64,000 nucleotides of DNA from Hemiscyllium ocellatum (Eukaryota). This document shows, piece by piece, positions 13,823 to 26,343 of the stretch. Positions within the stretch are counted from its first letter, which is position 1, and each line of letters begins with the position of its first letter. The stretch spans positions 62,001 to 126,000 of the forward strand of contig NW_026869307.1 in the NCBI RefSeq assembly GCF_020745735.1, read 5' to 3'. Made by a program: the position numbers and the translations under genes. The notes beneath the pieces are model-generated. The model saw only the letters and a list, made by a program, of their open reading frames with translations. It was not told the DNA's origin and did not search any database.

Positions 13823-14149
13823 CCCACTCCTAAGTCGTCATCATAAGATTATGTTTTTGCAGCCCTGTTCAATTCCAAAGAAGAGGCAAGCTGGATTTAC
13901 ATCATTATCAGCGTCTCTCTCTCCACACAGGCTGCCAGACGTGTCGAGTATGTTTCATGATTTGACAAGTGTTGATCAGATCATTCCATAGCCGTCACTT
14001 CTCTTGAATTTCTTTCTGTTGTCAGATTATGAGCAATCTCTTGTGTTCAGTGGTTAACCACCATGCCAGTTACAATGCCCCAATATAATCTATGTTGTAA
14101 TTAGTCAGATTTCACTCTGAGGTAGGTTTTGTTCTGTATTACAATCAAC

Positions 14150-16720
14150 TGTGATAAAAACAAATTGTGGGTTATCCGGGACAGACTTCTGTTGAATTTA
14201 AAAGGGATCGGCGAAAATTTAAAGAAAATGTACATAGGATTACTGGACATTGCAAGATTGTCTTTAAATTTATTGCACAATTTGGAATTTCAAGACGGTT
14301 GTGACTGATGTTAAAACTTTTTTGGGATTGGAAAAATGCATTTGACAATTATTTGAAATCTTTGAGAGTGCACCAAGAGAACGAACTATGAAGTTGGAAG
14401 TAGAAAATGAAAGTTGAAACTTGTAAAGTTGAGATGCTTAAAGATTTTACTCAACAATTAGAATTAAATTGAGGGAAATCTGACATTGGCATGTCACCGT
14501 TGAATTAAAATTCAGTTGGAATTATAAAAGAAAAAAAAGGAATTAAAGAGCAATGGAAAGCATGAGAACGAAGAAGAAAAAAAGGGGAAGAAACCCACAA
14601 ATTTGATAATTTTAACTGGATAGCGGAAGGGAAAAAAATACAAAGAGGAATGGACATTTAATACTATATATTGATAATATATAGTCGGCAGAATTACAAA
14701 GTATGCCTTTGTTACAGAAAAGCTTAGTCTAATTGTTGAAAGAATATGTATTAGCTCAAAAGATGATTTTTAGTCCATTGAAAGATTTGATTTAGATAGA
14801 AATCAGTTTTAGTTCCTAAATTTACAGAACATGGAGTGGAAAGACATTTCATTCCATTTGGAAAAGTGGCTTTGAGGTTGAAGTGGCTTAAAGATATTTG
14901 GACGCAAATGTCACAGAATATTTCAGTAGGTACCATGATAAATATGAATGCCTTTTTGCTTGAAGAACAAACAGTAGAGCATGACATTGCAAGAAAAAAC
15001 CCTAAATGCATATGGCCCTCAATATATTAATGAATATGTCTTGAAATAAGAAACTAGATTAGTCAGGAATTTGTGAAATTGTTAGGAAAAAAAAGTAATT
15101 GGTATTGGTGCATTATCTGACTGAAGATAAAGAAAACTCTTTGAGAGCTCAAGACAATCATACATATGGCATTCAACAATCATATTGCAACATTACCTAG
15201 ATGAGTATCAATTATCAAAGATGTGAGAACAGCATTTCTGACAGACTCCTACGATATTGAACACAGACATTTACTTGTGGGGTATAGGTCATACGTAAAT
15301 CAACAAGTAAACTGGAATAGAATATATATCTTGGTTTTAAAAATGATTAGCTTTATGAAATAAACAGAGGAATTCCAAACAATACAGGAAAAGGCTAGAA
15401 CCCAAATGTGATTTAAATAAAAGCAAATAACATACCTTCATTACAATAAGATAGGACATACTATTGCTGAAACAAGAGACCAGTTGCAAAACTAAAAGCC
15501 CAAGGAATTCTTCGAAGAGACAGCTATATGGAAAGGAAATGCCAATTAAAGCTGCAGCAGTAGTGCAAGTGAAGCATGTTGCATAGCATTCTGTTAGGAA
15601 GAAACAGATAACTCAGACCATTTTTGAAAAATTTTATTTGATACTTTAACACAAAAACATATTATTGGATGTCCTGGACAGTTTATTTCAAAGGGAAAGG
15701 TACATCCTTGCTCTTATAAAGGAGCTATAGCAATAAAGATAATGAGAGACAATGTTTGGTTAATGAAGGGAAGAAATTATTGGATTTATACAGAACGTAG
15801 AATCTCATTCTAATATATTGAATTGGCTTAGAATATGAAATTAAAAAATGAGTCGGAGCATTTTGACCAATCCATATTGAAAGAACTGGTTTCAACTGAG
15901 TCAATGACATGACTATTCGAAGAGACCACACTGTTTACTTTTAGGGAAGTATAAATTGAAATGAAGTTGGATTGCAATACAATTGAACCACCTGGAGAAG
16001 TTCGCAACTTAAAGGTTAAGAAGAATGGAAGTAAAAACCTCTCATACAATTCCTCGTTCCTCAAACAAAATTGAATTCCTGAGCTTCTCGTGAATCTATG
16101 ACTTTCAATGAGCATTTGTGCCGAACATCAGCACGATAGCTGTAACTTTAACAGAATTGTCCAAAGGTGGGGAAAAATCAAATGGTCAGCAGCGTGCAGA
16201 TCATTATTTGAGAAGCTGAAGGCAGTATTAACAAATGACTTTGCACCTCCCCGTGATTTTGTAAGGCATTTTTGAATCAATTTGAATAGTAATGACTTTG
16301 CAATTGTTGCAGTCTTACGACAAGGTGATGAATTTGGCAATACAGAAGACTCTGGGATCCTTTCAAACGAAGAGAAAACATTATTAGAAGAAATGCTCAA
16401 CATTGGAAAGGTAAACTTTGGGATTATCGTTGACTTTATTTTAGCATTTTGAAGACAATGTTCATCATGGTGGCAAAGAAACACTCATATATACTTACAG
16501 TATTCTGTTAGCTTGTGTAAAGAAATTTATGACCTGAAATTCAAAATCGTTCAGATGGAGCTTATTGATTCAACTTTAACTATATTGTTGGAAGAGAAAA
16601 CATATTGGAAAATGCATGATCAAAATGTGATCGTGGTGAAATAGTTTAAGAATTTTGGAAGTAAATGAAAATCCATTGCTTAAATCCTGTGTAAGGAATG
16701 AGTGAGGGTGAATGAATGTA
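14150..16720 (+). mobile_element. Ancient Gypsy relic, Gmr1-type order (gag, integrase, RT, RNase H)
   Basis: PBS-like tgtgggttatccggga, gag FIPFGKVALRLKWLKDIW, integrase QGILRR remnant near 15500, RT/RNase H remnants 15830-16480. Also present at 46490-49800. Confidence 0.65.
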
Positions 16721-19700
16721 ATTTGATTATGTTGTTATGTGTTTGCGCTATGTGACCTCAGCTACTCTTTATGTATAGAGGTAGGAGCCAGACAGTTTTC
16801 TTGTTTAGGGTGAGATACTGGAAGTTGGACTACTATAAATGAAATACCAGGAAGTCTTTGCAACTTGTAAAATGAGCAATGCATTTTTTTGAGCTGTGGA
16901 ATACAGTGATGTGTATCAAAGCAGGGAGGGGAGAATTCAAGGTTGCATGACAGCCAGAGACAGTTTGCTGTGAATACTGATATAACATATTTATTCAAAT
17001 CCTCTGCCATTTCCTGGTCCCTTATTATTCTTTCCACAGACCTCATTTCCTAAGGGACCTATATTATCCTTGCCTTCTGTCTTCTTTTTATATTTGAAGA
17101 AGCTCTTGCTGTTTATGTTTTTTGTTAGACATGTTTCAGAAGATTTTAACTAAGTCTGGAACGATGACCCCTTGCTGTTGGTTGACACGTTAACTCATGT
17201 CTGTTCATTGAAACATTAATGTTTTGTTTCAGGCATCGCAGGAGTCGACAACTTATGACTGACGGGAAAAAAATTATTTAATTCAGACGATGGTAAATGT
17301 TTGGACTTCTCTAACCTTTAAGACTCACAGCTGACTCATTAAGAATGCTAACCACAGTAATCTATAGCACTCTGGATGCAAATGGCTCAGGAGATATTGA
17401 TATATTCCAGCAACATGGTAGTGAGGTAGGTGTCTGACATGAAATAAATGAATGACAAATTGGGCTCGGCAGGTTTGATGGACAACCCCTATCCATTGTA
17501 TCGATGTCCCTTAGTGCTAGGTATGACTTCAAGCCTGAATAGCTTTCCACAAATTCCTATTGACTTCAGTGTTAGTATTTGGAAATATAGAACGTAACAA
17601 TTGTAAAAGGAGACAAAATTCAAAGCTTTTTGTTTTATTGATGCAACAAGGATACAAGGAAGAGACCTGACAAGGTGAGCTGCCACAGCCCTCTACATTA
17701 GAGAAGTCCAAATATTTATCATCCTCTGAATTAGGAAACTCTTGTTTCCCTCAGTCATAAGTAGCCAAACCCTGAAACAGAGCATTAATGTTTCAATTAA
17801 TAGGCATGAGTTATCATGTCAGCCATTCATACAGTATGAGAAGAAGAGGCAGACTTTATAGTTCTGAGAGCTCATTGATGCCACACTCAATGAAATAATT
17901 CCTCGATGTCAAGACAGCCATTCTCATATCAAAACTTGAGTTCATCTCTTTTGCCTATGCTCAGTCTGAAACCCCAATGAGGTCTGGAGATCAAGAATCC
18001 TGGCTGATCATAAGCTGGACATGAATGAGTCATAATGTCATAGAGTCATAGAGATGTCCAGCACAGAAACAGGTCGAACTCGTCCATGCCGACGAGATAT
18101 CCCAACCCAATCTAGTCCCACTCACCAGCACCCGGCCCATGTCCCTCCAAACCCTTCCTATTCATATACTCATCTAGATACCTTTTAAATATTGCAATTG
18201 TATTAGCCTCCAACCCTTCCTCTGGCAGCTCATTCCATACGCATACCACTCTCTGCATGAAAGCATTTCCCCATAGGTCTCTTTTTTATCTCTCCCCTCG
18301 CACCCTAAACTTATCACCTGCAGTTTTGGACTTGCTCACCCCAAGGAAAACATTTTGTCTATTTGTCCTGTCCATGCCCCCTCATCATTTTATAAACCTC
18401 TATAAGGTCACCCCTCAGCCTCTGACACTCCAGGGAAAATATCCCAAGCCTATTCAACCTCTCCCTAGAGTTCAAATCCTCTAACCTTGGCAACATTCTT
18501 GTAAATCTTTTCTGAAACTTTTCAAGTTTCACAACATCATTCCGATAGGAAGGAAACCAGAATTGCATGCAATATTCCAAAATGGCCAAACCAATGTCCT
18601 GGACAGCCGCAACATGACCTCCTAACTCCTTTAGTCAATACTGTTGACCAATAAAAGAAAGCACACCAAACGCCTTCTTCACTATCCTACCGATCTGCGA
18701 CTTCACTTTCAAGGAGCTATAAACCTGCACTTAAAGGTATCTTTGTTCAGCAACACTCCATCGGACCTTACCATGAAGTGTATAAGTCCTGCTAAGATTT
18801 GCTTTCCCAAAATGCAGCACCTCACATTTACCTGAATTAAACTCCATCTGCCACTTCTCAGCCCATTGGCACATCTGATCATGATCCAATTGTAATCTGA
18901 AGGATCCTTCTTCGCTGTCCATGACACCTCCAATTTTGGCGTTATGTGCAAACTTACTAACTATACCTCTTATTCTCGCATCAAAATCATTTATATAAAT
19001 GATGAAACCTAGTGGATCCAGCACCAATCGTGTGGCACTCCATTGGTCACAGGCCTCCAGTCTGAAAACAACACTTCTCCACCACCCTCTGTCTTTTACC
19101 TCAGAGCCATTTCTGTATCCAAATGGCTAATTCTCCCTGTATTCCATGAGATCTAACCTCACTAACTAGTCTTCCATGGGGAAACTTGTCGAATGCCTTA
19201 CTGAAGTCCATATAGATCATGTCCACTGCTCTGCCCTCATAAACCCTCTTTGTTAGTTTTTCAAGAAACTCAGTCAAGTTTGCAAGGCATAATTTCCCAG
19301 GCACAAAACCATGTTGACGATCCCTGAGCAGTCCTTGCCTTTCCAAATACATGCACATCCTGTCCCTCAGGATTCCCACCAACAACTTCCTCACCACTGA
19401 CGTTAGGCCTCAGTGGTCTATAGTTCCCTAGCTTGTCCTTACCACTCTTCTTAAACAGTGGCACCATGTTAGCCAGCCTCCAGTCTTCTGGCACCTCGCC
19501 TGTGACTATTGATGACATAAATATCTCAACAAGGGGCCCAACAATCTCTTCCCTAGCTTCCCACAGAGTTCTAAGGTACCCCTGATTAGGTCCTGGGGAT
19601 TTATCCACTTTTATACGTGTCAAGACATCCAGTACTTCCTCCTCTGTAATATGAACAATTTTCAAGATGTCACCATGTATTTCCCTACATTATATAACGT

Positions 19701-20953
19701 CCATGTCCTTTTCCACAGTCAACACTGATGCAAAATACTCATTTAGTATCTCCCTCATCTCCTGCGGCTCCACATAAAGTCCACCTTGCTGATCTTTGAG
19801 GGGCCTATTCTTGCCCTAGTTACCTTTTTGTCCTTAATGTATTTATAAAAACCCTTTGTATTCTCCTTAACTCTATTTGCCCTCCTGACTTCCCTCTTAA
19901 GAATACTCTTACTGCCTTTATATTCTTCGAAGGATTCAGTCAATCTATCTTGTCTAAACCTGACATATGATCCATTCTTTTTCTGAACGAAATCTTCATT
20001 TGCTTTAGTCATCCAGCATTCCCTACACCTACCAACCTTTCCTTTCATCCTAACCGGAATATACTGTCTCTGGACTTTCATTATCTAATTTCTGAGGGCT
20101 TCCCATTTTCCAGCCATCCCCTTACCTGTGAACATCTGCCCCCATTCAGCTTTTGAAAGTTCTTGCCTAATACCATCAAAATTACCCTATCTCCAATTTA
20201 GAATTTCAAATTTTACATCTGGCCTCTCCTTTTCCATCACTATTTTAAAACTGATAGTATTATGGTCACTGGCCCCAAAGTACTCTCTCACTGACACCCC
20301 AATCACCTGCCCTGCCTTATTTGCCAAGAGTAGGTCAGGTTTTGCACTTTCTCTAGTAGGTATATCCACATATTGAATGAGAAAATTTTCTTCTACACAC
20401 TTAAAAAAACCTCTCCATCTAAACCCTTAACACTATGGCAGTTCCAGTTTATGTTTGGAAAGTTAAAATCCCCTCCCATAATAATTCTAGTATTCTTACA
20501 GATAACTGAAATCTCCTTACAAATTTGTTTCTCAATTTCCCTCTGACTATTACGGGGGGCTATAATACAATCCTAATAAGGTGATTATCCCTTTCTTATT
20601 TCTCAGTTCCAGCAAAATAACTTCCCTGGATGTATTTCCAGGAATATACTCACTCAGTACATCTGTAATGCTATCCCTTATCAAAATCGCCACTCCCCCA
20701 CCTCTCTTGCTTCCCTTTCTGTCCTTACTGTAGCATTTGTGTCTTGGAACATTAAGTTGCCAGCCCCGTCAATCCCTGAGCCACAATTTTCTAATTGCTT
20801 TGATATCTCAGTCCTATGTTCCTAACCATGCCCTGAGTTCATTTTGCCTTCCCTGTAAGGCTTCTTGCATTGAAATCAATAAAATCTGATTGAAGATTTG
20901 TAGCTCGGGTGTCTGTTGTTGTGGTTCTGCTCGCCGAGCTGGAAGTTTTTGCT

Positions 20954-20993
20954 GCAAACGTTTCGTTCCCTGGCTAGGGAACATCATCAGTGC
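20954..20993 (-). ncRNA. Minimal type I hammerhead ribozyme motif (inverted copy)
   Basis: Exact reverse complement of 22477-22516. Confidence 0.72.
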
Positions 20994-22476
20994 TGTTGGA
21001 GCCTCGTGTGTAGCGCTGCTTTGATGTTTCTTCCGGTATTTATATTGGTTTGTTCTTGCCGCTTCCGGGTGTCAGTTTCAGCTGCATTGATTTGTATGTG
21101 GGGTCCAGGTCGATGTGTCTGTTGATGGATGTTCTTGCCGTTTCCGGGTGTCAGTTTCAGCTGTAGTGGTTTGTATATGGTGTCCAGGTCAATGTGTCTG
21201 TTGATGGAGTTTGGGGATGAATGCCATGCTTCTAGGAATTCTCTGGCTGTTCTCTGTCTGGCTTGTCCTATGATAGTGGTGTTTTCCCAGTCAAATTCAT
21301 GTTGCTCGTTGTCTGAGTGTATGGCTACTAGAGATAGCTGGTCGTGTCGTTTTGTGGCTAGCTGATGTTCATGGATGCGGATTGTTAGCTGTCTTCCTGT
21401 TTGTCCTATATCATGTTTTGTGCAGTCCTTGCATGGTATTTTGTAAACTACGTTAGTTTGGCTCATGCTGGGTATTGGGTCCTTTGTTCTAGTGAGTTGT
21501 TGTCTGAGCGTGGATGTTGGCTTGTGTGCTGTTATGAGTCCTAAGGGTCGCAGTAGTCTGGCTGTCAGTTCTGAGACGCTCCTGACGTATGGTAGAGTGG
21601 CTAATCCTTTTGGTTGTGGCATGTCCTCGTTCCTCGGTCTATCTCTTAGGCATCTGGTGATAGTAACCACCCCAACACACACAAACGAAGCTGCATCAGG
21701 ACACTATTCAAAAGGGCCACAACACACTGCAGTACACCAGAACTGCGAAAAGAGGAAGAGGAACATCTATACAAGGTATTCGCCAAAAACGGATACCCAC
21801 GCAACTTTATCACCAGATGCCTAAGAGATCGACCGAGGAACGAGGACATGCCACAACCAAAAGGATTAGCCACTCTACCATACGTCAGGAGCATCTCAGA
21901 ACTGACAGCCAGACTACTGCGACCCTTAGGACTCATAACAGCACACAAGCCAACATCCACGCTCAGACAACAACTCACTAGAACAAAGGACCCAATACCC
22001 AGCATGAGCCAAACTAACGTAGTTTACAAAATACCATGCAAGGACTGCACAAAACACGATATAGGACAAACAGGAAGACAGCTAACAATCCGCATCCATG
22101 AACATCAGCTAGCCACAAAACGACACGACCAGCTATCTCTATTAGCCATACACTCAGACAACCAGCAACATGAATTTGAATGGGAAAACACCACTATCAT
22201 AGGACAAGCCAGGCAGAGAACAGCCAGAGAATTCCTAGAGGCATGGCATTCATCCCCAACCTCCATCAACAGACACATTGACCTGGACACCATATACAAA
22301 CCACTACAGCTGAAACTGACACCCGGAAACGGCAAGAACATCCATCAACAGACACATCGACCTGGACCCCACATACAAATCACTGCAGCTGAAACTGACA
22401 CCCGGAAGCGGCAAGAACAAACCAATATAAATACCGGAAGAAACATCAAAGCAGCGCTTCACACGAGGCTCCAACA

Positions 22477-22516
22477 GCACTGATGATGTTCCCTAGCCAG
22501 GGAACGAAACGTTTGC
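22477..22516 (+). ncRNA. Minimal type I hammerhead ribozyme motif in a Penelope-like terminal repeat
   Basis: GCA-CTGATGA-t-GTTCCCT-agcc-AGGGAAC-GAAAC-GTT-TGC: intact core, perfect 7-bp stem II, 3-bp stem I, palindromic AACGTT at stem III. Confidence 0.72.
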
Positions 22517-25321
22517 AGCAAAAACTTCCAGCTCGGCGAGCAGAACCACAACATTGAAATCAATGCAGTTTAGTTTATCAGACCTACCTTGTTCTCTGCT
22601 CTGTCCCTACCTGCCCTAACAGTTGGACTCGCTTCCCTTCTCAACTGTACCAGTCTCTGATTAATCTCTTTCCTTACTGTCCCCCTGGATACCATCCATC
22701 CCTCACCTTAATAGTTTAAATCCTCCTGAGCAGCTCTAGCAAATCTCCCTGTCAGGATATTAGTCCCCTTCCAATTCAGTTACAATCTGTCTTTCTTGTA
22801 AGGTCACTTCTATCCCAGAAGAGCTTCAATGATCCAAAAATGTGAATTCTTCTCCCAAACACCAGCCCTCAGCCATACATTATTCAGCTCTGCCCTCCTA
22901 TTCCAACTGTCACTACCTCGCAGCACAGGGAATAATCCAGATATTACTACTCTTAAGGATCTCCTTTTTAAATTCCTGCTTAATGCTTTATGTTCTCCTT
23001 TCAGAATGTCATCCTTTTCATTTCCTATGTCATTGTTTTCAATGTGTCCAATGACCTCCTGCTGGTCCTTCTGCCTTCTGCATTCTGCACTCTCTCTGAG
23101 GCATTCTTGATCCTGGTACCAGGGAGGCAACACTCCATTCTGATTTTTCGTTGCTGGCCACAGAAACTTGTGTCTGTGCCTCGGACTAGAGAGTCCCCTA
23201 ACACAGTTGATCTCTTGGAAACTGACGTACTCCTCATTTCATTAGAGCCAGTCTCGATACTAGAAACTTGGCTGTCCATGCTACAATTCCCCTGAGAATT
23301 CATCACCCACTGCATTTTCCAAAACAGCGTACTTGTTTGAAATGTGCATAGCTACAGAAGACTCGTGCACTATCTACTTACCTCTCTCACCTTTCCTGGA
23401 GTCAACCCATCTATGTGACTGTATCTGCAAATTTTCTCCCTTTCTATAACTGCCATCCATCACATCCCAATGAGACCATTCCTCATTGCCTCTAACTGTC
23501 TCTCCAACTGATCCATTTGATCTGATAGGATTCACAAACAACAGCATTTATTGCAGATATAATCCCCAGTAACACGTAAACTCTCCCTAACCTCCTATAT
23601 CCGACAGGAAGAGCATATGACTCTATTAAAGAGTCATATTTTTGCTTCTTTCAGTCTATGGACTCAGAAAATAGCATTGTCTTATTCTTTTACAAAATAC
23701 TGTTCAGGCCAACCTAATACCCATGATTTATATTTTTAAGTTTAATCAAGCGACATATCTCAATAAAACATATAATCAAGAAAGAAACCACTCTACTCAC
23801 TGCTGCAGACTTACTGGAAGGCCATGCTTAAAATATTGACTTATCTGTTTCTGTGCTGTGACCTCTCCCAAACAGATTCCTCCAAGATTAGTTGTGAATT
23901 TCACTGTTTCTTAATTCTTTCTTTCTTTCTCTCTTTCTCTCTCTCCTGCACTGACCTCACCATGTGCTCGTTGCCTTTGTATGTTCCTCTCCCTGTTAAA
24001 ACTGCTGTTGTTTTAACTTTTATTCCTCCAAAGTTCCAAAACAATGCAACAGCATATGAAGCAGTAAGTGCTGCTCCTGGAATGCAAGGAAATCACCTCC
24101 AATACCTAAACTACCCAAAAAGGAGCAGCCTGTTACAGCCAGAAATATTTCCCATCCTCCATCTTGGATTACGCAGAATCCTTTAACCTAAACCAAGAAC
24201 CATGGATGCTAAAAACCCAGAACAAACCATTACTTTCTGAAGAATCTCAAAAAATCTGACATCATCTGTGAAGAGAAGACAGAGTCAACGTTTCAAGTCT
24301 TTAGAAAGGATGATTAGAATATTGCTGTATGAGGGATGTCTAATGGCAGTGCCATTATTTGTTTTCCAAACTGTCCAGAGTAAATTGGTGAATTAAGCAG
24401 CTTGAATTTCTCTTGCATTCTTTGGACAATTTATCCTCGACACCTTTTCTACGTAACTAAAATCTTGGCCTTGAAAGATAATGAACCACCTCTTGGTCAA
24501 GATTGGCTCGTGTCTCCAACTGATGGTGAAAACATAGCTCAGTTGATAAATTCTTCACACAAACTCAAGATGATTGAAAATGAGGTGCATATACTCTTCG
24601 CAAGAGACGTTTGATGATTTCAAACATAGTACTGATGGAAGGATCAGAGACAGCATCAATTTGAGGAAGACGTCCATTGTAATATTCCTGGTGACAAAGA
24701 TAATTTCTCTATTCAATGTACATTCCAAAATAGATTTTAAAACAAGATTATTGCTCCACTGTTTGTACTTCGATATTGAGAAATCTGGTACATCTTAATA
24801 CTGTCCACCAATGTAGTTTTGAATTGCTTTGGACGAATAGAGTGCTGTATAACTTTATTGCTGACTCCAGGTAGTCTTCATCAAAATAGATGACCGGATC
24901 ACCATTGGATTCACAATGTCAAGTCCACATTCTCCCACAGATGCTCCCAGACCTGCTGCATTTTGATAGCAGCTTCTGCTTTTGTAACATATCTCCAGCA
25001 CCCACAGTTCTTTGTTTAATTTATTTGACTTGATTTTATGTAGGTATGTATTATTTTTACCAACTTGCGTTGAAAATGATGCATGCAATGCAATATATAT
25101 TGTCTGTTACAGCTTTTTGGTTTCCAGAGAGATATGTATATTGATAGTGAGTAACAAAGTTTAGATTAGATTACTTACAGTGTGCTAAAGTTGGCAAGGA
25201 AATGATAGAAAATGGAATTTCAATTGTGCATGCAGTGCAAAGCATTGCTTAAATTTGGATTATGTGCAATGCAGCGGGGCATTAGGGTCACTGGTTGTAA
25301 CTTTGACATGCCATAGCAAGT

Positions 25322-26343
25322 CAAAATATACGGTACTGGAGGAACAGGCGAGTTGACGCTTCAGAAATAAGCCTTTCATCAGGAATGTGGAGATGTTAGG
25401 GGGCTGAGAGATAAAATAGGGGCTGGGGGCTGTGCTGAGGGGAAGGTAGGTGGAATGGTGACAGGTGGGAGGTAATAACAATAGGTCAGTGGGAGGGTGG
25501 AACAGAGACGTGGGAAGGAAGGTAGGCATATAGGACACATCAAGAGGTTGGGGCCAAATTGGAGGTTTCAATCTGGGATGAAGTGGTGGGAGGGGAGATT
25601 TGGAAGCTGGTGAAATAAATGTTGATGCCATGTCCTTATGAGATTTCGAGGCAGAAGATGAAGTATTCTTCCTCTAGTTCATTGGTGGCTTTGATTTGGT
25701 GGTGGAAAGCCAGGTTTTGCATGTGCTAAGGGGACTGTGAGGGGGAGTTGAATTGTGTGGTCACGGGGTGGTAGGGTTGTTTGATGGTTATGGACCAGAA
25801 ATGTTCCCTGAACTGCTCCATCAGTTGGCATTCTGTTTCCTCAATGGAGAGAAGGCTGCACCGAGAACAATGGTGAATGTGCAGGAAAATCTCCAACGGG
25901 TGTGAAATTATCCTTTAGGTCCTTGGATGGAGGTGAGGGGGATTGCATCGATGCAGGTTTTGCACTTCGTGCGCTGGCACAGGAATTTGCCTGCTGTAGA
26001 TGGTGGGTTGGTTGGGGGTATGGACCTAACGAGGGAGTCGTGGAGGAGATGGTCCCTGTCGAATGCAGATAGGGCTGAGGAGGGAAATATATTTTCCGTG
26101 GTGGAATCTGACTGTCGGTGGTGAAACTGCCGGAGGATAATGTGCTGTATCCAGGGATTCGTGGGGCAGGAGGTGAGGTCGTGAGTCGGGGGTGGGGAGT
26201 GGGTGGGGTGGGTTCTCTCCTTGCTGTGGTTGGAAGGGTGGGGGTTGGAGGACAGAAGTGTGGGAAGTGGAGAAGACACATGGAGGGCATTGTTGATGAC
26301 GTGGGAGAGGAAATTCTGTCTATGAAATTAAAAAAAAACAGAA
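25322..26343 (-). mobile_element. Degenerate Penelope-like 3' fragment, specific to duplication copy 1
   Basis: FHHRQSDSTTENIFPS...AFDRDHLLHDSLV...KCKTC remnant. The paralogous site at about 53445 is empty; possible short duplication caagt on both sides. Confidence 0.75.

Larger units (their letters stand above)
20881..22551. mobile_element. Penelope-like (GIY-YIG) insertion forming an inverted duplication
   Basis: Arms 20918-21662 (minus) and 21809-22552 (plus) are about 99% identical. VVYKIPCKDC...IGQTGRQL..RIHEH endonuclease; 13-bp direct repeat cattgaaatcaat at 20868-20880 and 22552-22564. Confidence 0.92.
18030..23850 (-). mobile_element. CR1 LINE, near full length, degenerate, interrupted by a Penelope-like insertion at 20881-22551
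   Basis: ORF1 GDSLVRGTDTSFCG esterase motif, APE and RT fragments (YMDFSKAFDKFPH, FAHNAKIGG), (CTATGA)-type tail at 18030-18055. Sequence is continuous across the nested insertion. Confidence 0.9.

Noticed and set aside
20881-22551. Inverted duplication as a sequencing fold-back artefact
   Set aside because: A perfect 13-bp TSD, asymmetric ends and a continuous host CR1 on both sides favour a real insertion; the residual doubt is noted in the findings.
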